Shown here in pieces: positions 41,178 to 51,839 of a DNA stretch of 64,000 nucleotides; the first letter of the stretch is position 1, and every line of letters starts with the position of its first letter. The position numbers were made by a program, and so were the translations under genes. The notes beneath the pieces were generated by a model that was not told the origin of the DNA, did not search any database, and was given only the letters and a program-made list of their open reading frames with translations. Origin of the DNA: Ignavibacteriota bacterium (GTDB taxonomy: Bacteria; Bacteroidota; Ignavibacteria; UBA10030); NCBI GenBank assembly GCA_963833465.1, contig CAWHXW010000002.1, positions 288,523-352,522 of the forward strand. The letters run 5' to 3'.

Positions 41178-42226
41178 CCGCTTTTATTAAAAATATCTCT
41201 GAACAAACAACGCCTTTCAGAAGTTCTAAATTCACTTCAAAGGACTTTCAGAGCGATCAAGAAGTTAGATGGTGCCCAGGATGCGGTGACTATTCGATCC
41301 TTGCTCAGGCACAGCGTATAATGCCGGATTTGGGTCTTCCAAAACATAATATAGTTTTTGTCTCCGGTATCGGCTGCTCAAGTCGATTCCCTTATTATAT
41401 GAATACCTACGGTTTCCATGGAATTCATGGACGGGCTACATCAATTGCAACCGGTATAAAACTCGCGCGGCCAGATCTTTCCGTCTGGGTAGTTACTGGA
41501 GACGGTGATGGTATGAGTATCGGCGGCAATCATTTGATTCACTTGCTTCGCCGTAACATCGATATCAATGTTCTCTTATTCAATAATCAGATTTATGGGT
41601 TGACTAAAGGACAATACTCGCCAACTTCAGAAAAAGGAAAGATTACAAAATCCACTCCGTTCGGTTCAATAGATTATCCATTCAACCCGATATCACTTGC
41701 TCTTGGCGCTAGTGCAACTTTCGCTGCACGAACAATTGATCGAGACCAGAAGCAGCTGCAATTGGTTTTAAAACGCGCTGCGGAACATATTGGAACTTCG
41801 TTTATTGAAATTTACCAAAATTGTAACGTCTTTAACGACGGGGCTTTCGCTCAATTCACAGATAAGGATACAAAAGACGACAATGTAGTTTTTCTTGAAC
41901 ATGGAAAGCCGCTTATCTTCGGTAAAGAGAAAGACAAAGGTATTAGATTGAATGGATTTACTCCTGAAGTCATCTCGCTTAAAGATAGTAAATATTCGAT
42001 CGATGACTTGCTTGTGCACGATGAGAACGATACAACACTTTCATTTATTCTTGCAGATATGACTTATCACTCGCATTTGCCCCGACCAATGGGTGTTTTT
42101 CTTTCAATTGAACGGCCGACTTACGAAACTGAAATGCAACAACAAATTGAATTCTCAAAAGAGAAAAAAGGCGAAGGAAATATAGAAGCGCTTTTAAATT
42201 CCGGCGAGACTTGGACAATTCAATAA
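41174..42226 (+). CDS. korB: 2-oxoacid:ferredoxin oxidoreductase beta subunit
   Basis: WCPGCGD, SGIGCSS, GDGD...NN TPP motif, YGLTKGQ.SPT. Confidence 0.93.
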   Translation: MTAFIKNISEQTTPFRSSKFTSKDFQSDQEVRWCPGCGDYSILAQAQRIMPDLGLPKHNIVFVSGIGCSSRFPYYMNTYGFHGIHGRATSIATGIKLARPDLSVWVVTGDGDGMSIGGNHLIHLLRRNIDINVLLFNNQIYGLTKGQYSPTSEKGKITKSTPFGSIDYPFNPISLALGASATFAARTIDRDQKQLQLVLKRAAEHIGTSFIEIYQNCNVFNDGAFAQFTDKDTKDDNVVFLEHGKPLIFGKEKDKGIRLNGFTPEVISLKDSKYSIDDLLVHDENDTTLSFILADMTYHSHLPRPMGVFLSIERPTYETEMQQQIEFSKEKKGEGNIEALLNSGETWTIQ

Positions 42227-42245
42227 TATTTTATATTTTATATTG

Positions 42246-42281
42246 AAAAGTGTGGTTTCACGGAAGAGATCACACTTTTTT
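42246..42281 (+). terminator. Intrinsic terminator after korB
   Basis: AAAAGTGTGGTTTC-acggaa-GAGATCACACTTTTTT. Confidence 0.7.
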
Positions 42282-42317
42282 CCTGTCACTATGGATTTAA
42301 AATAATAGGTATTTACT

Positions 42318-43313
42318 TTGCCATCTCAATTTGAGTTATTCCGGACAATTATCGAGTCGCATACACGTTTTGTACTGACAACACATGTCAATCCGGATGG
42401 TGATGGCCTCGGCACTGAAGTCGCTCTAGCCATTTATCTTCAGAAGCAAAAAAAACAAGCAACTATTTTAAATTATAGCGCAACTCCTAATAATTATTTA
42501 TTCCTTGCGCAGTTTCATCCTATTCTTCAATTTGATTCGACCCTGCATGCAGAAATTATAAAAGATGCTGAAGTAATTATTGTTTTGGATACAAATCATC
42601 CAGATAGATTAATGACGATGAAGCCGGACCTTTTATCGAGCCAAGCTATCAAAATCTGCATCGATCATCATATTGAGCCGGAAGAATTTGCCGATCTCTA
42701 CATCTTGGACGAATCATCCACAGCTACAGGAGAAATTGTCTACCGGCTTTTAAATTATTTGACAGGCCGTAATATCGAACGTGAAACAGCTGTTGCTCTA
42801 TATACGGCGATTATGACCGACACCGGATCATTCCGTTATCCAAAAACTGATCCTGAGACACATAAAATTATTGCACATCTTATTCAAATAGGGGCAGATC
42901 CAGTTGCCATTTACGAGCACGTCTATGAACGCAATTCTATCAATAGTGTACGTTTAATGGGATTAGCAATAGCAAATATGCAAATTACGCATAATGGAAA
43001 AATTGCCTACATTGTTCTTATTCGCGAATTGTTTGATATGACCAGCACAACGGAAGTTGATGCTGATAATATTGTGCCGTTCACTTTGACAATTGATGGA
43101 GTTCAGATTGGATTGTTGTTTTCAGAGATGGACGGAATAGTAAAAGTAAGTTTCCGTTCCAAAGGCGATATCTGGATTAATGAGCTAGCGAAAGAATTTG
43201 GCGGCAACGGACACAAAAACGCTGCTGGCGCACGAATACCAAACGCACAATTGGATGAAATTGTTTCACAGGTGCTCGAGCATGCTGGAGCATATATTAT
43301 TGAAAAGAAATAG
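42318..43313 (+). CDS. nrnA: DHH-family bifunctional oligoribonuclease/PAP phosphatase
   Basis: THVNPDGDG, IDHH, TDTGSF, SFRS, GGNGHKNAAG. Confidence 0.92.
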   Translation: MPSQFELFRTIIESHTRFVLTTHVNPDGDGLGTEVALAIYLQKQKKQATILNYSATPNNYLFLAQFHPILQFDSTLHAEIIKDAEVIIVLDTNHPDRLMTMKPDLLSSQAIKICIDHHIEPEEFADLYILDESSTATGEIVYRLLNYLTGRNIERETAVALYTAIMTDTGSFRYPKTDPETHKIIAHLIQIGADPVAIYEHVYERNSINSVRLMGLAIANMQITHNGKIAYIVLIRELFDMTSTTEVDADNIVPFTLTIDGVQIGLLFSEMDGIVKVSFRSKGDIWINELAKEFGGNGHKNAAGARIPNAQLDEIVSQVLEHAGAYIIEKK

Positions 43314-43327
43314 TAGAGTCTGCGCTG

Positions 43328-43362
43328 AAAAAAAAGCGCTTCCTGATTTAGGAAGCGCCTTT
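43328..43362. terminator. Bidirectional terminator
   Basis: AAAAAAAAGCGCTTCCT-gattt-AGGAAGCGCCTTT between convergent genes. Confidence 0.8.
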
Positions 43363-43399
43363 CTCATTACAATTAAATTTAATTTCCCTTTATTACAAA

Positions 43400-44891
43400 T
43401 TAGAGACCATTAAATCCAAATATTTGATTATATATACCTTTATCAGAAATTGTCTCGTACCAATTCTTTACACTAAAATTACTTGTCTTTGGGTAACCCG
43501 CAGGCGGCGAGATGGCTTGCTGTTGAAATCTTTGATCGTAATCATAATTTTTCTGGAACCGGATGAAAGAGTGCCAGAACCGGTAAAAGTACCGACAGGC
43601 TGCCGATTTTTTGCTTGTAATGCACCGACAAGGTAGATTGACCCATCTGCTCCCCGTGAATCATAATTTTCTGCTGTGAAGCCACCGTTTAAACAAAAAA
43701 TAGATGCATCTATCGTGATACCACTATTGTTGACAGAAGACATTGGATTTCCAGTAACCGGGTTTATAGGTTTGTCCGTTATTATAACACTGTTATCAGA
43801 GACAATTCCTAATTCGGATGTGCATGCAGCATTAATATTCCCATTAATATTTGGCGGTGTCTGCCCTTGTTTATTAGTTCCTGAAATTGCACTTGGATTT
43901 CCATAGGCAATTGATGAATCAAGATAAACATTGCTCTTGCCGCTTCCTGGAGGATTATCTACGCAACCAATCGTTGCGGTTCCATTCAAGACTCCTTGCA
44001 CATGAACCGGCATATTCTCAGCAAGTATGACGCCATTTGGTGCCATAGCCGCAACATTTGGGTACACTGTTGTTGTCGGCGATACTGTCACTGTGGAGCA
44101 CGCTTTTAGTCGCTGTATATACGGTAGCAGCAACTTGACCTGTAACATAAAATTCAAGATTAAGTTGTACATTTTGAGGATAAGTACCGGTATTTCCTAC
44201 TAAATCATATCCTCCATTAGACCCTGTGGTTCTGCCTAATGTTTTCACATCAGTACCAACTTGCAGGCATAGGTTGATTTACACCTGTATGCAGTCCGCC
44301 ATTGAAAGTTGGATGATCACTTGATCCATTCAGCTTATAGACACCCCAACCTACTGTCACTGCCCCTTTAAAATACGGATTCCCGGAAACACACAAAGTG
44401 TCTTGGCAGTGTAAAGCCCCTTTACAAGTATCCCCAGTAATCCAGTAAATTCCATTTTCAGTTACAGTGTACATTGCATACTGCGTAAAGGAGCTTCTGG
44501 CGAAATCCACTATTGTTTTAGAAGAAATTGTATATCCATTGATTGAGCCGTAAGATGAAGCTACAGTCAATCGCATAGTATCCGATGTTTTGAAAACTGC
44601 CGTGCTATCCAATGTTAATGAGAATTGCCCTCCGCCATTAGCAAATGTAGCAGGGAAAGTAATGCTTCCAGATGATGGAATCCAAACTGCGCCAGCTTTC
44701 TGCAAGTTAGTAATGTACATGCCATTGAGACCTATATTAGTAGCGCTTTGAGAAACATATTGCGCCTGTTCTATATTGTAATAAGCGATGTATTTGTTAT
44801 ATGCATCGGATACATGCTGGGATAAATTGAATCCCATCAGCATAAAAATGACATTAAAAATTATCACCATTAATAACGAAGTGCGTCCCAT
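43400..44891 (-). CDS. PilX-like/DUF4900-like exported protein; three apparent frameshifts (~44256, ~44105, ~43557); ~496 aa repaired
   Basis: N-terminal hydrophobic helix then EQAQYVSQSATN (PilX-like). IYWITGDT..G.LH; repaired C-terminus G.LQAKNRQPVG...GFQKNYDYDQRF...PPAGYP...NWYE ends at TAA 43400-43402. Confidence 0.7.
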
Positions 44892-44913
44892 GTTTCTACT
44901 CCTTGATTTACTT

Positions 44914-45546
44914 CTATCGCGGAAATCTAAATGCCTGCGATGTCATTCGCATTTCTTTCCAATACAACTGATATTCGGATGTATCATTCATATATTGCTG
45001 CTTCTGTTTGAATAGACTTTGAAGCTGGACAGTGAGGTCTGTTACGCGAATTGTTCCAAGATTTGATGAAGTAACAGGCGTTGGAATAGGATCCGGTGTG
45101 CCTTGATTATCCCAATATTTCAATCTGAACTGCGTTAATCCAAGATTCCACTTTGTAGCCGCTTGACTGTTCACTTGCCTGTATAGATAAAACATATTGG
45201 GATTGCTGGTACCTGCAAATTCTGAAGTTGATCCTGTCCAGTACTTAACCGTATCTACGAACCCATCAGGCGGGTCAACATCCGTCAGATATTGAATTGC
45301 CGTATCTGAAGCGTATAAAATTGAATTACCAGCTAAAAGAAGACTCGGGTTCTGACAATATCCAATATGTTTAAAATCATTTTCAATCATTAAGACAAGT
45401 GTAACTAAATTCGATTGGAGTACATAATTTGAATAATATGCTGCAGAATATTCATGAGCGCTCGCATTTAGTGTCAGCGCTGATATTAAAAGAATTCCAC
45501 CTACAAAAGTTGAGCCGATTATATCGAGAAATGTTGATGAACCCAT
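44914..45546 (-). CDS. Minor-pilin/pseudopilin-like protein (PilW/GspJ-like)
   Basis: N-terminal hydrophobic helix (STFLDIIGSTFVGGILLISAL), then IENDFKHIGY (cf. the pilin l..Dlr.aGy pattern), LYRQVN, FRLKYWD. Confidence 0.6.
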   Translation of the reverse strand: MGSSTFLDIIGSTFVGGILLISALTLNASAHEYSAAYYSNYVLQSNLVTLVLMIENDFKHIGYCQNPSLLLAGNSILYASDTAIQYLTDVDPPDGFVDTVKYWTGSTSEFAGTSNPNMFYLYRQVNSQAATKWNLGLTQFRLKYWDNQGTPDPIPTPVTSSNLGTIRVTDLTVQLQSLFKQKQQYMNDTSEYQLYWKEMRMTSQAFRFPR

Positions 45547-45553
45547 TTTCCCC

Positions 45554-46078
45554 TCACTGATAATAACTATATATGTAAGACATTTTTATTGTATCAACTC
45601 CTGCTGTATTGGTTCCGCCCATAATTCCTTGACGGCCTATATCCGGAATTACCCATACATCCATCTGTTTAAGCCAAGACGGAGTAGCAATTTTTGTATA
45701 AGCATTTTGATCAAGATAAGAGACAAATGCCTTTACTGTAAAAGTATCTACCGGCGCACCAATTTTGGCAACATACCCATTATAATCATCAAAATCATTA
45801 AACGTAGTATCAAGATTGGCTGTTTCTCCAGCATCGGGACCCAGAGTTGTTGATAAATCAGTTGTGGCAAAAGCCGGACCTGTTACTGCCGTATACTGAT
45901 CAAAATTTAAATTGCTTGCTTTTTCAAAGTAAGATGTCGCTAAACCGATTGCGTACATACCAATTTCTGTTTGGCGCAAAATTGTTCCCTGGTTTAAATT
46001 ATTACTATTCACCGTCAGTACGGTAACTCCAAGAAGAACAATGGCAAGTGCTGAAAGTAATGTTTGTCCAGTATTCAT
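45554..46078 (-). CDS. Minor-pilin-like protein (PilV/MshD-like)
   Basis: MNTG-QTLLSALAIVLLG hydrophobic helix, A..LA.S..E....FD, LGPDAGE and FNDFDDYNG motif. Confidence 0.6.
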   Translation of the reverse strand: MNTGQTLLSALAIVLLGVTVLTVNSNNLNQGTILRQTEIGMYAIGLATSYFEKASNLNFDQYTAVTGPAFATTDLSTTLGPDAGETANLDTTFNDFDDYNGYVAKIGAPVDTFTVKAFVSYLDQNAYTKIATPSWLKQMDVWVIPDIGRQGIMGGTNTAGVDTIKMSYIYSYYQ

Positions 46079-46465
46079 ATTCTTCCTTTACATCAATACT
46101 AAATAATAATTTAGAAACCTTTCATTTTATTTCTATTCTGGAAATTTAAATCTCGAGATAAATTACAATAATGTTTTACTTTCAAGTTGATGGAGTGTAC
46201 AAAAGCTCCTTATTAAAATCAAGTACAACAATCACTAATCTAAAAATTCAGTATTATTTACCTTTAGAATATTTTCAAAGAAATAATTTTATTTATTCAT
46301 TATAAAAAACCTCATCCAGTATATTAAACAAATTTCGTACCTGATTTTGATCTGTTAAATCAATCAGAATAATCCTATATCTTATAGTCTAATCTTCCCA
46401 CTTTGAGAATAAAGTAGAATTTACTGCATGATAACTTAACCTTTTTACAATCATCTCCTTAGAAT

Positions 46466-46999
46466 TTAAATGCGAGTTCGTGTTATCATCCAAGCTGCAA
46501 TTGTCATTCCATCCCAAATAACGCCTGAAGTAATTCTTGCATCCACTTCATCTGGTTCTAATGTTATAATTTCAAACTCTTCTGTCTCATCCGGCTTCGA
46601 CGGAACGACGACAAGGTTCTTTGCTATAAAGACACGACAAATTTCATCCGTTACACCATTGTATGGATTGAATTCACTAGCCAGCTGCAAATCATGCGGG
46701 ATAAATCCTGCTTCCTCTTCAAGTTCGTGCAAAGCAGTCTGTTCATAAGTGTGTCCGTCCTTGACGCCCCCGCAAGGAAATTCCAGACTTTCTCGATCAT
46801 TCAAGTAACGATATTGATTTACTAATACAATCCGTCCATCGTTTAATACAGGCACAATCATGCTTGCACCGTTTGTATGGACATAATGATATTCACCTCG
46901 CCTGCCGTTAGGCAGTATAGTTTCATCTTTTCTATATATCCACCAAGGATTTTTTAAAAGAGTTGTTTCAGAAAACTTTTTCCATTTTATCAGCGGCAT
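46466..46999 (-). CDS. NUDIX hydrolase (ADP-ribose pyrophosphatase-like)
   Basis: VNQYRY, LEFPCG, ALHELEEEAG, PDETE, IWDGMT. Confidence 0.88.
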   Translation of the reverse strand: MPLIKWKKFSETTLLKNPWWIYRKDETILPNGRRGEYHYVHTNGASMIVPVLNDGRIVLVNQYRYLNDRESLEFPCGGVKDGHTYEQTALHELEEEAGFIPHDLQLASEFNPYNGVTDEICRVFIAKNLVVVPSKPDETEEFEIITLEPDEVDARITSGVIWDGMTIAAWMITRTRI

Positions 47000-47039
47000 G
47001 CAGGATTTGATATTTGAGATTGAAAAAAAGAAGTAACTT

Positions 47040-47771
47040 TTAACGATTCTCGTTTATAAGATATTTAGCAGCCACGGCTTCAACTGAATAGTCGGACTTT
47101 TGACCTTGATTAAACAAGCGCAGTACCCGAAGATCAGATTCCCAAACACAATCACCTGGAGCAATCAAACAGACGCTGCCCGGTTCATATGTTAAATATA
47201 GTTTTCCATCCATAAAATAATAATGTTCATTACTTACTATTATAGGATAGACCTGCATCAATGGCGGGATATCACTTGGTTTGAACCATAGTTTGATTTC
47301 TCGTTCAGCATCTGTTTCCGTTGCAGAAGCGTGAATAAGGTTATCCATTCGTTCGCCAATGACTTTTCCAGTTCCATCTTTGACAGGTACTTTTGTTCCT
47401 AAAGCACGGATGCATCCTGGTTTATTTTCTCGCGCAATATGAGGATCTGTTGGACCAACAATATTTCTGATTTTTGCAATTGCATCCGGGCCCTGATAAA
47501 CAAGTGCTATCACTCTGCGCTTCCAAGGTTCATTATTGTAATGCTCGACACCCATTATATAATCTAAAAGCGAAGGGAAAAAAAATTTTCCCTTATGCTC
47601 TGCATAATGTTCAGAAGCAAGCATCTTGCTGACTTGTACAATTTTTGCTCCTGAAAAGTGCAAACCTGTATGAAATTCCGAAAGCTGAGAAATCACGTAA
47701 CCAGTCAAAGAATTTTTCAATGCATCGGGTTTAATAAGTACAAGTGTTTGTTCAGATCCTTCTTTATTCAT
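47040..47771 (-). CDS. ndk: Nucleoside-diphosphate kinase, long form
   Basis: EQTLVLIKPDA, HYAEH, GPTDP, PGCIR, NLIHAS, EREIKLWF. Confidence 0.9.
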   Translation of the reverse strand: MNKEGSEQTLVLIKPDALKNSLTGYVISQLSEFHTGLHFSGAKIVQVSKMLASEHYAEHKGKFFFPSLLDYIMGVEHYNNEPWKRRVIALVYQGPDAIAKIRNIVGPTDPHIARENKPGCIRALGTKVPVKDGTGKVIGERMDNLIHASATETDAEREIKLWFKPSDIPPLMQVYPIIVSNEHYYFMDGKLYLTYEPGSVCLIAPGDCVWESDLRVLRLFNQGQKSDYSVEAVAAKYLINENR

Positions 47772-47828
47772 AATAGAAATACCTTTCTTCTAAAAAATCC
47801 CATGCAGTCAATAATTCAATTTTATGTT

Positions 47829-48842
47829 TTAAATGCCGCTTCGCATTTTTTTCAATTTACTTTTGATACCCTTCTTACTCTTATTTCCTTTTGTTCTTCG
47901 CTTTTTCCATTTGATACTTTTTCTTTTTACTTCACCTATGCGAACTTTCTTCAATGCCTTCTCAATCGCATCGCCTATAACAGCGGGACTTTCAACTACG
48001 ATGATGCCTGCCTTGCGCATTGCCTGCATTTTTTCTTCTGCAGTTCCTTTTCCTCCGGAAATAATTGCTCCTGCATGTCCCATCCGTCGTCCAGGAGGCG
48101 CGGTTTGCCCTGCAATGAAGCCAATAACCGGTTTTCTTACATACTCTTTGATATATTCCGCTGCTTCTTCTTCTGCTGTTCCGCCTATTTCACCTATCAT
48201 GACAATTGCATCAGTTTTTTTATCTTCATTAAAGAGCTTGATGATATCTATAAAGCGCGAGCCGATGACCGGATCACCGCCGATACCGATACATGTAGAT
48301 TGTCCGATACTGTGTTGAGTAAGCTGCGAAACAGCTTCATACGTCAATGTTCCACTCCTCGAAACAACTCCAACACGTCCCGGTTTATGAATAAAGCCAG
48401 GCATAATTCCAATCTTTGCCGCTCCCGGAGTAATCACACCCGGACAATTTGGTCCGATGAGACGTACACCTTTTTTTGTGATATACTCATATACTTTCAC
48501 CATATCGCTGGTCGGAATACCTTCTGTAATTGCAACGATTATTCTTATTCCTGCATCAGCTGATTCCATAATTGCATCAACGGCAAATGCTGAAGGAACA
48601 AAAATAATAGAAACATTTGCTCGCATCTTCTGGACGGCTTCTTTGACCGTATTAAAGATTAAAATCGGATGTGGTAACGGATTTTTTTCATTGCCTTGAT
48701 AACTTATGCCGCCTTTTCCGGGAGTGACACCAGCAACTACATTTGTTCCGTATTCCATCATTTGCTTTGTATGGAACGTTCCCTCACTGCCTGTGATACC
48801 CTGAACAAGGAGTCGAGTATTTTTATCAACAAGAATGCTCAT
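47829..48842 (-). CDS. sucD: Succinyl-CoA synthetase alpha subunit
   Basis: [42 protein letters not shown]. Confidence 0.97.
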   Translation of the reverse strand: MSILVDKNTRLLVQGITGSEGTFHTKQMMEYGTNVVAGVTPGKGGISYQGNEKNPLPHPILIFNTVKEAVQKMRANVSIIFVPSAFAVDAIMESADAGIRIIVAITEGIPTSDMVKVYEYITKKGVRLIGPNCPGVITPGAAKIGIMPGFIHKPGRVGVVSRSGTLTYEAVSQLTQHSIGQSTCIGIGGDPVIGSRFIDIIKLFNEDKKTDAIVMIGEIGGTAEEEAAEYIKEYVRKPVIGFIAGQTAPPGRRMGHAGAIISGGKGTAEEKMQAMRKAGIIVVESPAVIGDAIEKALKKVRIGEVKRKSIKWKKRRTKGNKSKKGIKSKLKKMRSGI

Positions 48843-48869
48843 AATAATTTACATTCATAATAATTTATT

Positions 48870-50285
48870 TTAAGAAGCGATCTCTAAAAAATCTGCAACT
48901 CGCAAGATTTTCGGTTCGCCAAACTGCGGCCCAAGAATCTGCATTCCAATTGGAAGCCCCTGATGATCTTCTCCACATGGAATGCTGATACCAGGAATAC
49001 CCGCAAGATTTATAGATGTTGTATAAATATCGGAGAGATACATTTGCAAAGGATCATTTATTCTGTCGCCGGCTTTGAATGATGTGCTCGGCGAAGTAGG
49101 CGCAATCATACAATCAACACTGGCAAATGCTTTGTCGAAATCTTCCTTAATAAGCCGACGAACTTTTTGTCCTTTTCGATAATAAGCATCGTAGTATCCG
49201 GCTGAAAGAACATATGTGCCAAGCATAATGCGGCGCTTTACCTCTGCACCAAATCCTGCGCTTCGCGATTTGATGTACATTTCAGAAAGATCTGCTGCAT
49301 CTTCTTTTCTAAAACCATATCGAGCACCATCGTACCGGGCAAGATTAGATGATGCTTCCGCAGTGGCAAGTATATAGTACGTTGCAATCGTGTATTCGGT
49401 ATGGGGCAGGGTTATTTCTTCAATAGTTGCCCCATTAGAGCGCAGAATGTCGATCTTTTTCTCTATTGCCTGACGTATTTCAAAATTTAATGCATCTCCA
49501 AAATATTCTTTTGGAATTCCGACTCGCATACCTTTAATATCTTTTGTCAGTTGTGAAATATAATTTGGTACCGGTATTTTTGCCGATGTTGAATCGTTAG
49601 GATCATGACCTGCGATTACTTGAAGGACACTCGCTGCGTCTCTTGTTGTCAGCGCAAGAGGTCCAATCGAGTCAAAAGACGATGCAAAAGCTACAAGTCC
49701 ATAGCGAGAGACACGTCCATATGTTGTTTTTAAACCTACAACACCGCAAAATGCCGCCGGCTGGCGAATTGAGCCGCCGGTATCAGATCCTAAAGATGTC
49801 GTTGACATCCCGGCACGGACTGCAACTGCAGAGCCGCCGCTTGATCCACCAGGAACTCGATTTTCATCCTGTGGAAGTTTCACGCGTCCGTATGCCGAAT
49901 TCTCTGTAGATGAACCCATTGCGAATTCATCCATATTATTTTTACCGATGATGACAGCATCTGCATCACGCAGACGCTGAACAACAGTAGCATCATATAA
50001 TGAGATAAAGTTTTCGAGAATTTTAGATCCGCAAGTAACTCGTTCATCTTTTACACAAATAATATCTTTAATAGATACAACCATTCCTGCCAGCGCACCT
50101 GCATTTCCATTTTGAAGCTTCTTATCCACTTGTTTCGCTTGCTCTATCGCTTTATCGGAAAACACAGCAAGTAACGCATTCAAATGTTTTTTCTCTTCAA
50201 TCGTGTTGAGATATTCTTCTGTAATCTTCTCGCAGGAGGTAATTCCTTCAATTAGTTCTTTTTGCAAAATGTCAAATGATTTCAT
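48870..50285 (-). CDS. gatA: Asp-tRNA(Asn)/Glu-tRNA(Gln) amidotransferase subunit A
   Basis: NMDEFAMGSSTE, PGGSSGGSA, GSDTGGSIRQPA, EASSNLARYDG, EVKRRIMLG. Confidence 0.97.
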   Translation of the reverse strand: MKSFDILQKELIEGITSCEKITEEYLNTIEEKKHLNALLAVFSDKAIEQAKQVDKKLQNGNAGALAGMVVSIKDIICVKDERVTCGSKILENFISLYDATVVQRLRDADAVIIGKNNMDEFAMGSSTENSAYGRVKLPQDENRVPGGSSGGSAVAVRAGMSTTSLGSDTGGSIRQPAAFCGVVGLKTTYGRVSRYGLVAFASSFDSIGPLALTTRDAASVLQVIAGHDPNDSTSAKIPVPNYISQLTKDIKGMRVGIPKEYFGDALNFEIRQAIEKKIDILRSNGATIEEITLPHTEYTIATYYILATAEASSNLARYDGARYGFRKEDAADLSEMYIKSRSAGFGAEVKRRIMLGTYVLSAGYYDAYYRKGQKVRRLIKEDFDKAFASVDCMIAPTSPSTSFKAGDRINDPLQMYLSDIYTTSINLAGIPGISIPCGEDHQGLPIGMQILGPQFGEPKILRVADFLEIAS

Positions 50286-50337
50286 AGATATTGGAATGTA
50301 AATTGCAGTTTGAGCTTACGTTTTAAAAAACCAGTGA

Positions 50338-50541
50338 CTATCCTTGCAATTTTGTGTCGTTTTTCTCATCAGACTTCTTTATTTCTTTTTCAACTTCTGC
50401 TTGAACATCGCGCGCAGCTTTTCGGAATTCTCGTATTCCTTCGCCAAGCCCCTTTGCTATCTCCGGAATCTTCTTTGCACCAAAAAAAATAAAAATTACA
50501 AGTAAAATAAGAATAAGTTCTGGACCGCCTATATTGCCCAT
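50338..50541 (-). CDS. tatA: Twin-arginine translocase TatA/E
   Basis: IGGPELILILLVIFIFFGAKKIPEIAKGLGEGIREFRKA. Confidence 0.95.
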   Translation of the reverse strand: MGNIGGPELILILLVIFIFFGAKKIPEIAKGLGEGIREFRKAARDVQAEVEKEIKKSDEKNDTKLQG

Positions 50542-50605
50542 ATTATTTTTCCCATTTATATCTGAATAATAATTTCCGATTTAAACTAACTATTATATTC
50601 AATAA

Positions 50606-50812
50606 TTAGCCTTGCGGTTTTGTTTCGTTCTTTTCATCTGAGTTCTTAATTTCTTTTTCGACTTCTTCTTTCACATCGCGTGCCGCTTTGCGAAATTCAC
50701 GTATCCCTTCACCAAGTCCGCGCGCCAAATCAGGCAATTTTTTTGCCCCAAAGAAAATTAGAATAACGAGAAGAATAAGAAACAATTCCGGACCGCCAAT
50801 ATTGCCGAACAT
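50606..50812 (-). CDS. tatA: Twin-arginine translocase TatA/E (second copy)
   Basis: IGGPELFLILLVILIFFGAKKLPDLARGLGEGIREFRKA. Confidence 0.95.
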   Translation of the reverse strand: MFGNIGGPELFLILLVILIFFGAKKLPDLARGLGEGIREFRKAARDVKEEVEKEIKNSDEKNETKPQG

Positions 50813-50828
50813 AACAAGACTCCTTTAT

Positions 50829-51551
50829 TTAAACTTTTTGATAAACAAAACTTTGGACTATCGATTCAAATATCTTTTTGCCGTCTGTATGTTTTAAAAT
50901 AGTGTCAGAAGCTCGTTCAGGATGCGGCATCATTCCGAGCACATTTCCGGTTTCATTGATAATCCCTGCTATGCTGTTCATGGAGCCATTTGGATTTGCC
51001 TCATATGTAAGATTACCAGATGGATTGCAATAACGAAATATAACTTGTTGATTATCTTCTATCCGCCTAAGTGTTTCGGGATCTGCAAAATAATTACCCT
51101 CACCATGAGCAATCGGAATTTCAAGTACATCGCCGGATGTACACTGATTGGTGAACTTTGTATTTGCATTCTCAACTCTTAGATGCAAATATTTACAAAT
51201 GAAAAGTAAGGATTTATTTCGCAGCAACACCCCCGGTAACAATCCGGCTTCAGTTAAGACTTGAAAGCCATTGCAAATGCCAATCACTAAGCCGCCTCTG
51301 TTTGCAAACCTGACGACATCCTTCATTACAGGTGAGAAGCGCGCAATTGCCCCGCAACGGAGATAATCACCATATGAAAATCCTCCTGGAAGAATAATGA
51401 CATCCGAATCCCCTATAGATGTTTCTTTATGCCAGATGAGGCGGGCATCCTGTCCCATTATTGTCTCTACAACATAATGCGCATCGTGATCGCAGTTAGA
51501 TCCTGGGAAAACAACTATTCCGAATTTTACTTTTTCCATTTTGTTTTCCAC
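50829..51551 (-). CDS. purQ: Phosphoribosylformylglycinamidine synthase subunit PurQ
   Basis: [39 protein letters not shown]. Confidence 0.97.
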   Translation of the reverse strand: MENKMEKVKFGIVVFPGSNCDHDAHYVVETIMGQDARLIWHKETSIGDSDVIILPGGFSYGDYLRCGAIARFSPVMKDVVRFANRGGLVIGICNGFQVLTEAGLLPGVLLRNKSLLFICKYLHLRVENANTKFTNQCTSGDVLEIPIAHGEGNYFADPETLRRIEDNQQVIFRYCNPSGNLTYEANPNGSMNSIAGIINETGNVLGMMPHPERASDTILKHTDGKKIFESIVQSFVYQKV

Positions 51552-51806
51552 TTACTCTTTTACAGGTTCTGTTGTGAAGGAAAAGCTTTCCATAACAAGG
51601 TTGGCAAGAAGTTTTTCAGATATTTGCCTTGTCATACTTTCCGCTTCTTCTTTAATATCCGAATCAACATCCATCTCGATGTACTTTCCAATCCGCACAT
51701 TGCTGACTGATTCAAACCCAAGAGAATGGATGCCTTGCTCCACAGCTTTTCCTTGCGGGTCAAGAATGGATTTTTTCAGTGTCACAAATACTTTTGAATG
51801 AAACAC
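51552..51806 (-). CDS. purS: Phosphoribosylformylglycinamidine synthase subunit PurS
   Basis: LDPQGKAV, VRIGK, KLLAN.VME. Confidence 0.96.
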   Translation of the reverse strand: MFHSKVFVTLKKSILDPQGKAVEQGIHSLGFESVSNVRIGKYIEMDVDSDIKEEAESMTRQISEKLLANLVMESFSFTTEPVKE

Positions 51807-51839
51807 GTTCGTCTCCTATATTTCAGTTTTTGAGAATTC

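Noticed and set aside
47658-48563. 301-aa plus-strand ORF
   Set aside because: Antisense shadow of sucD/ndk with no recognisable motifs; the same applies to the many other short antisense ORFs in the track.
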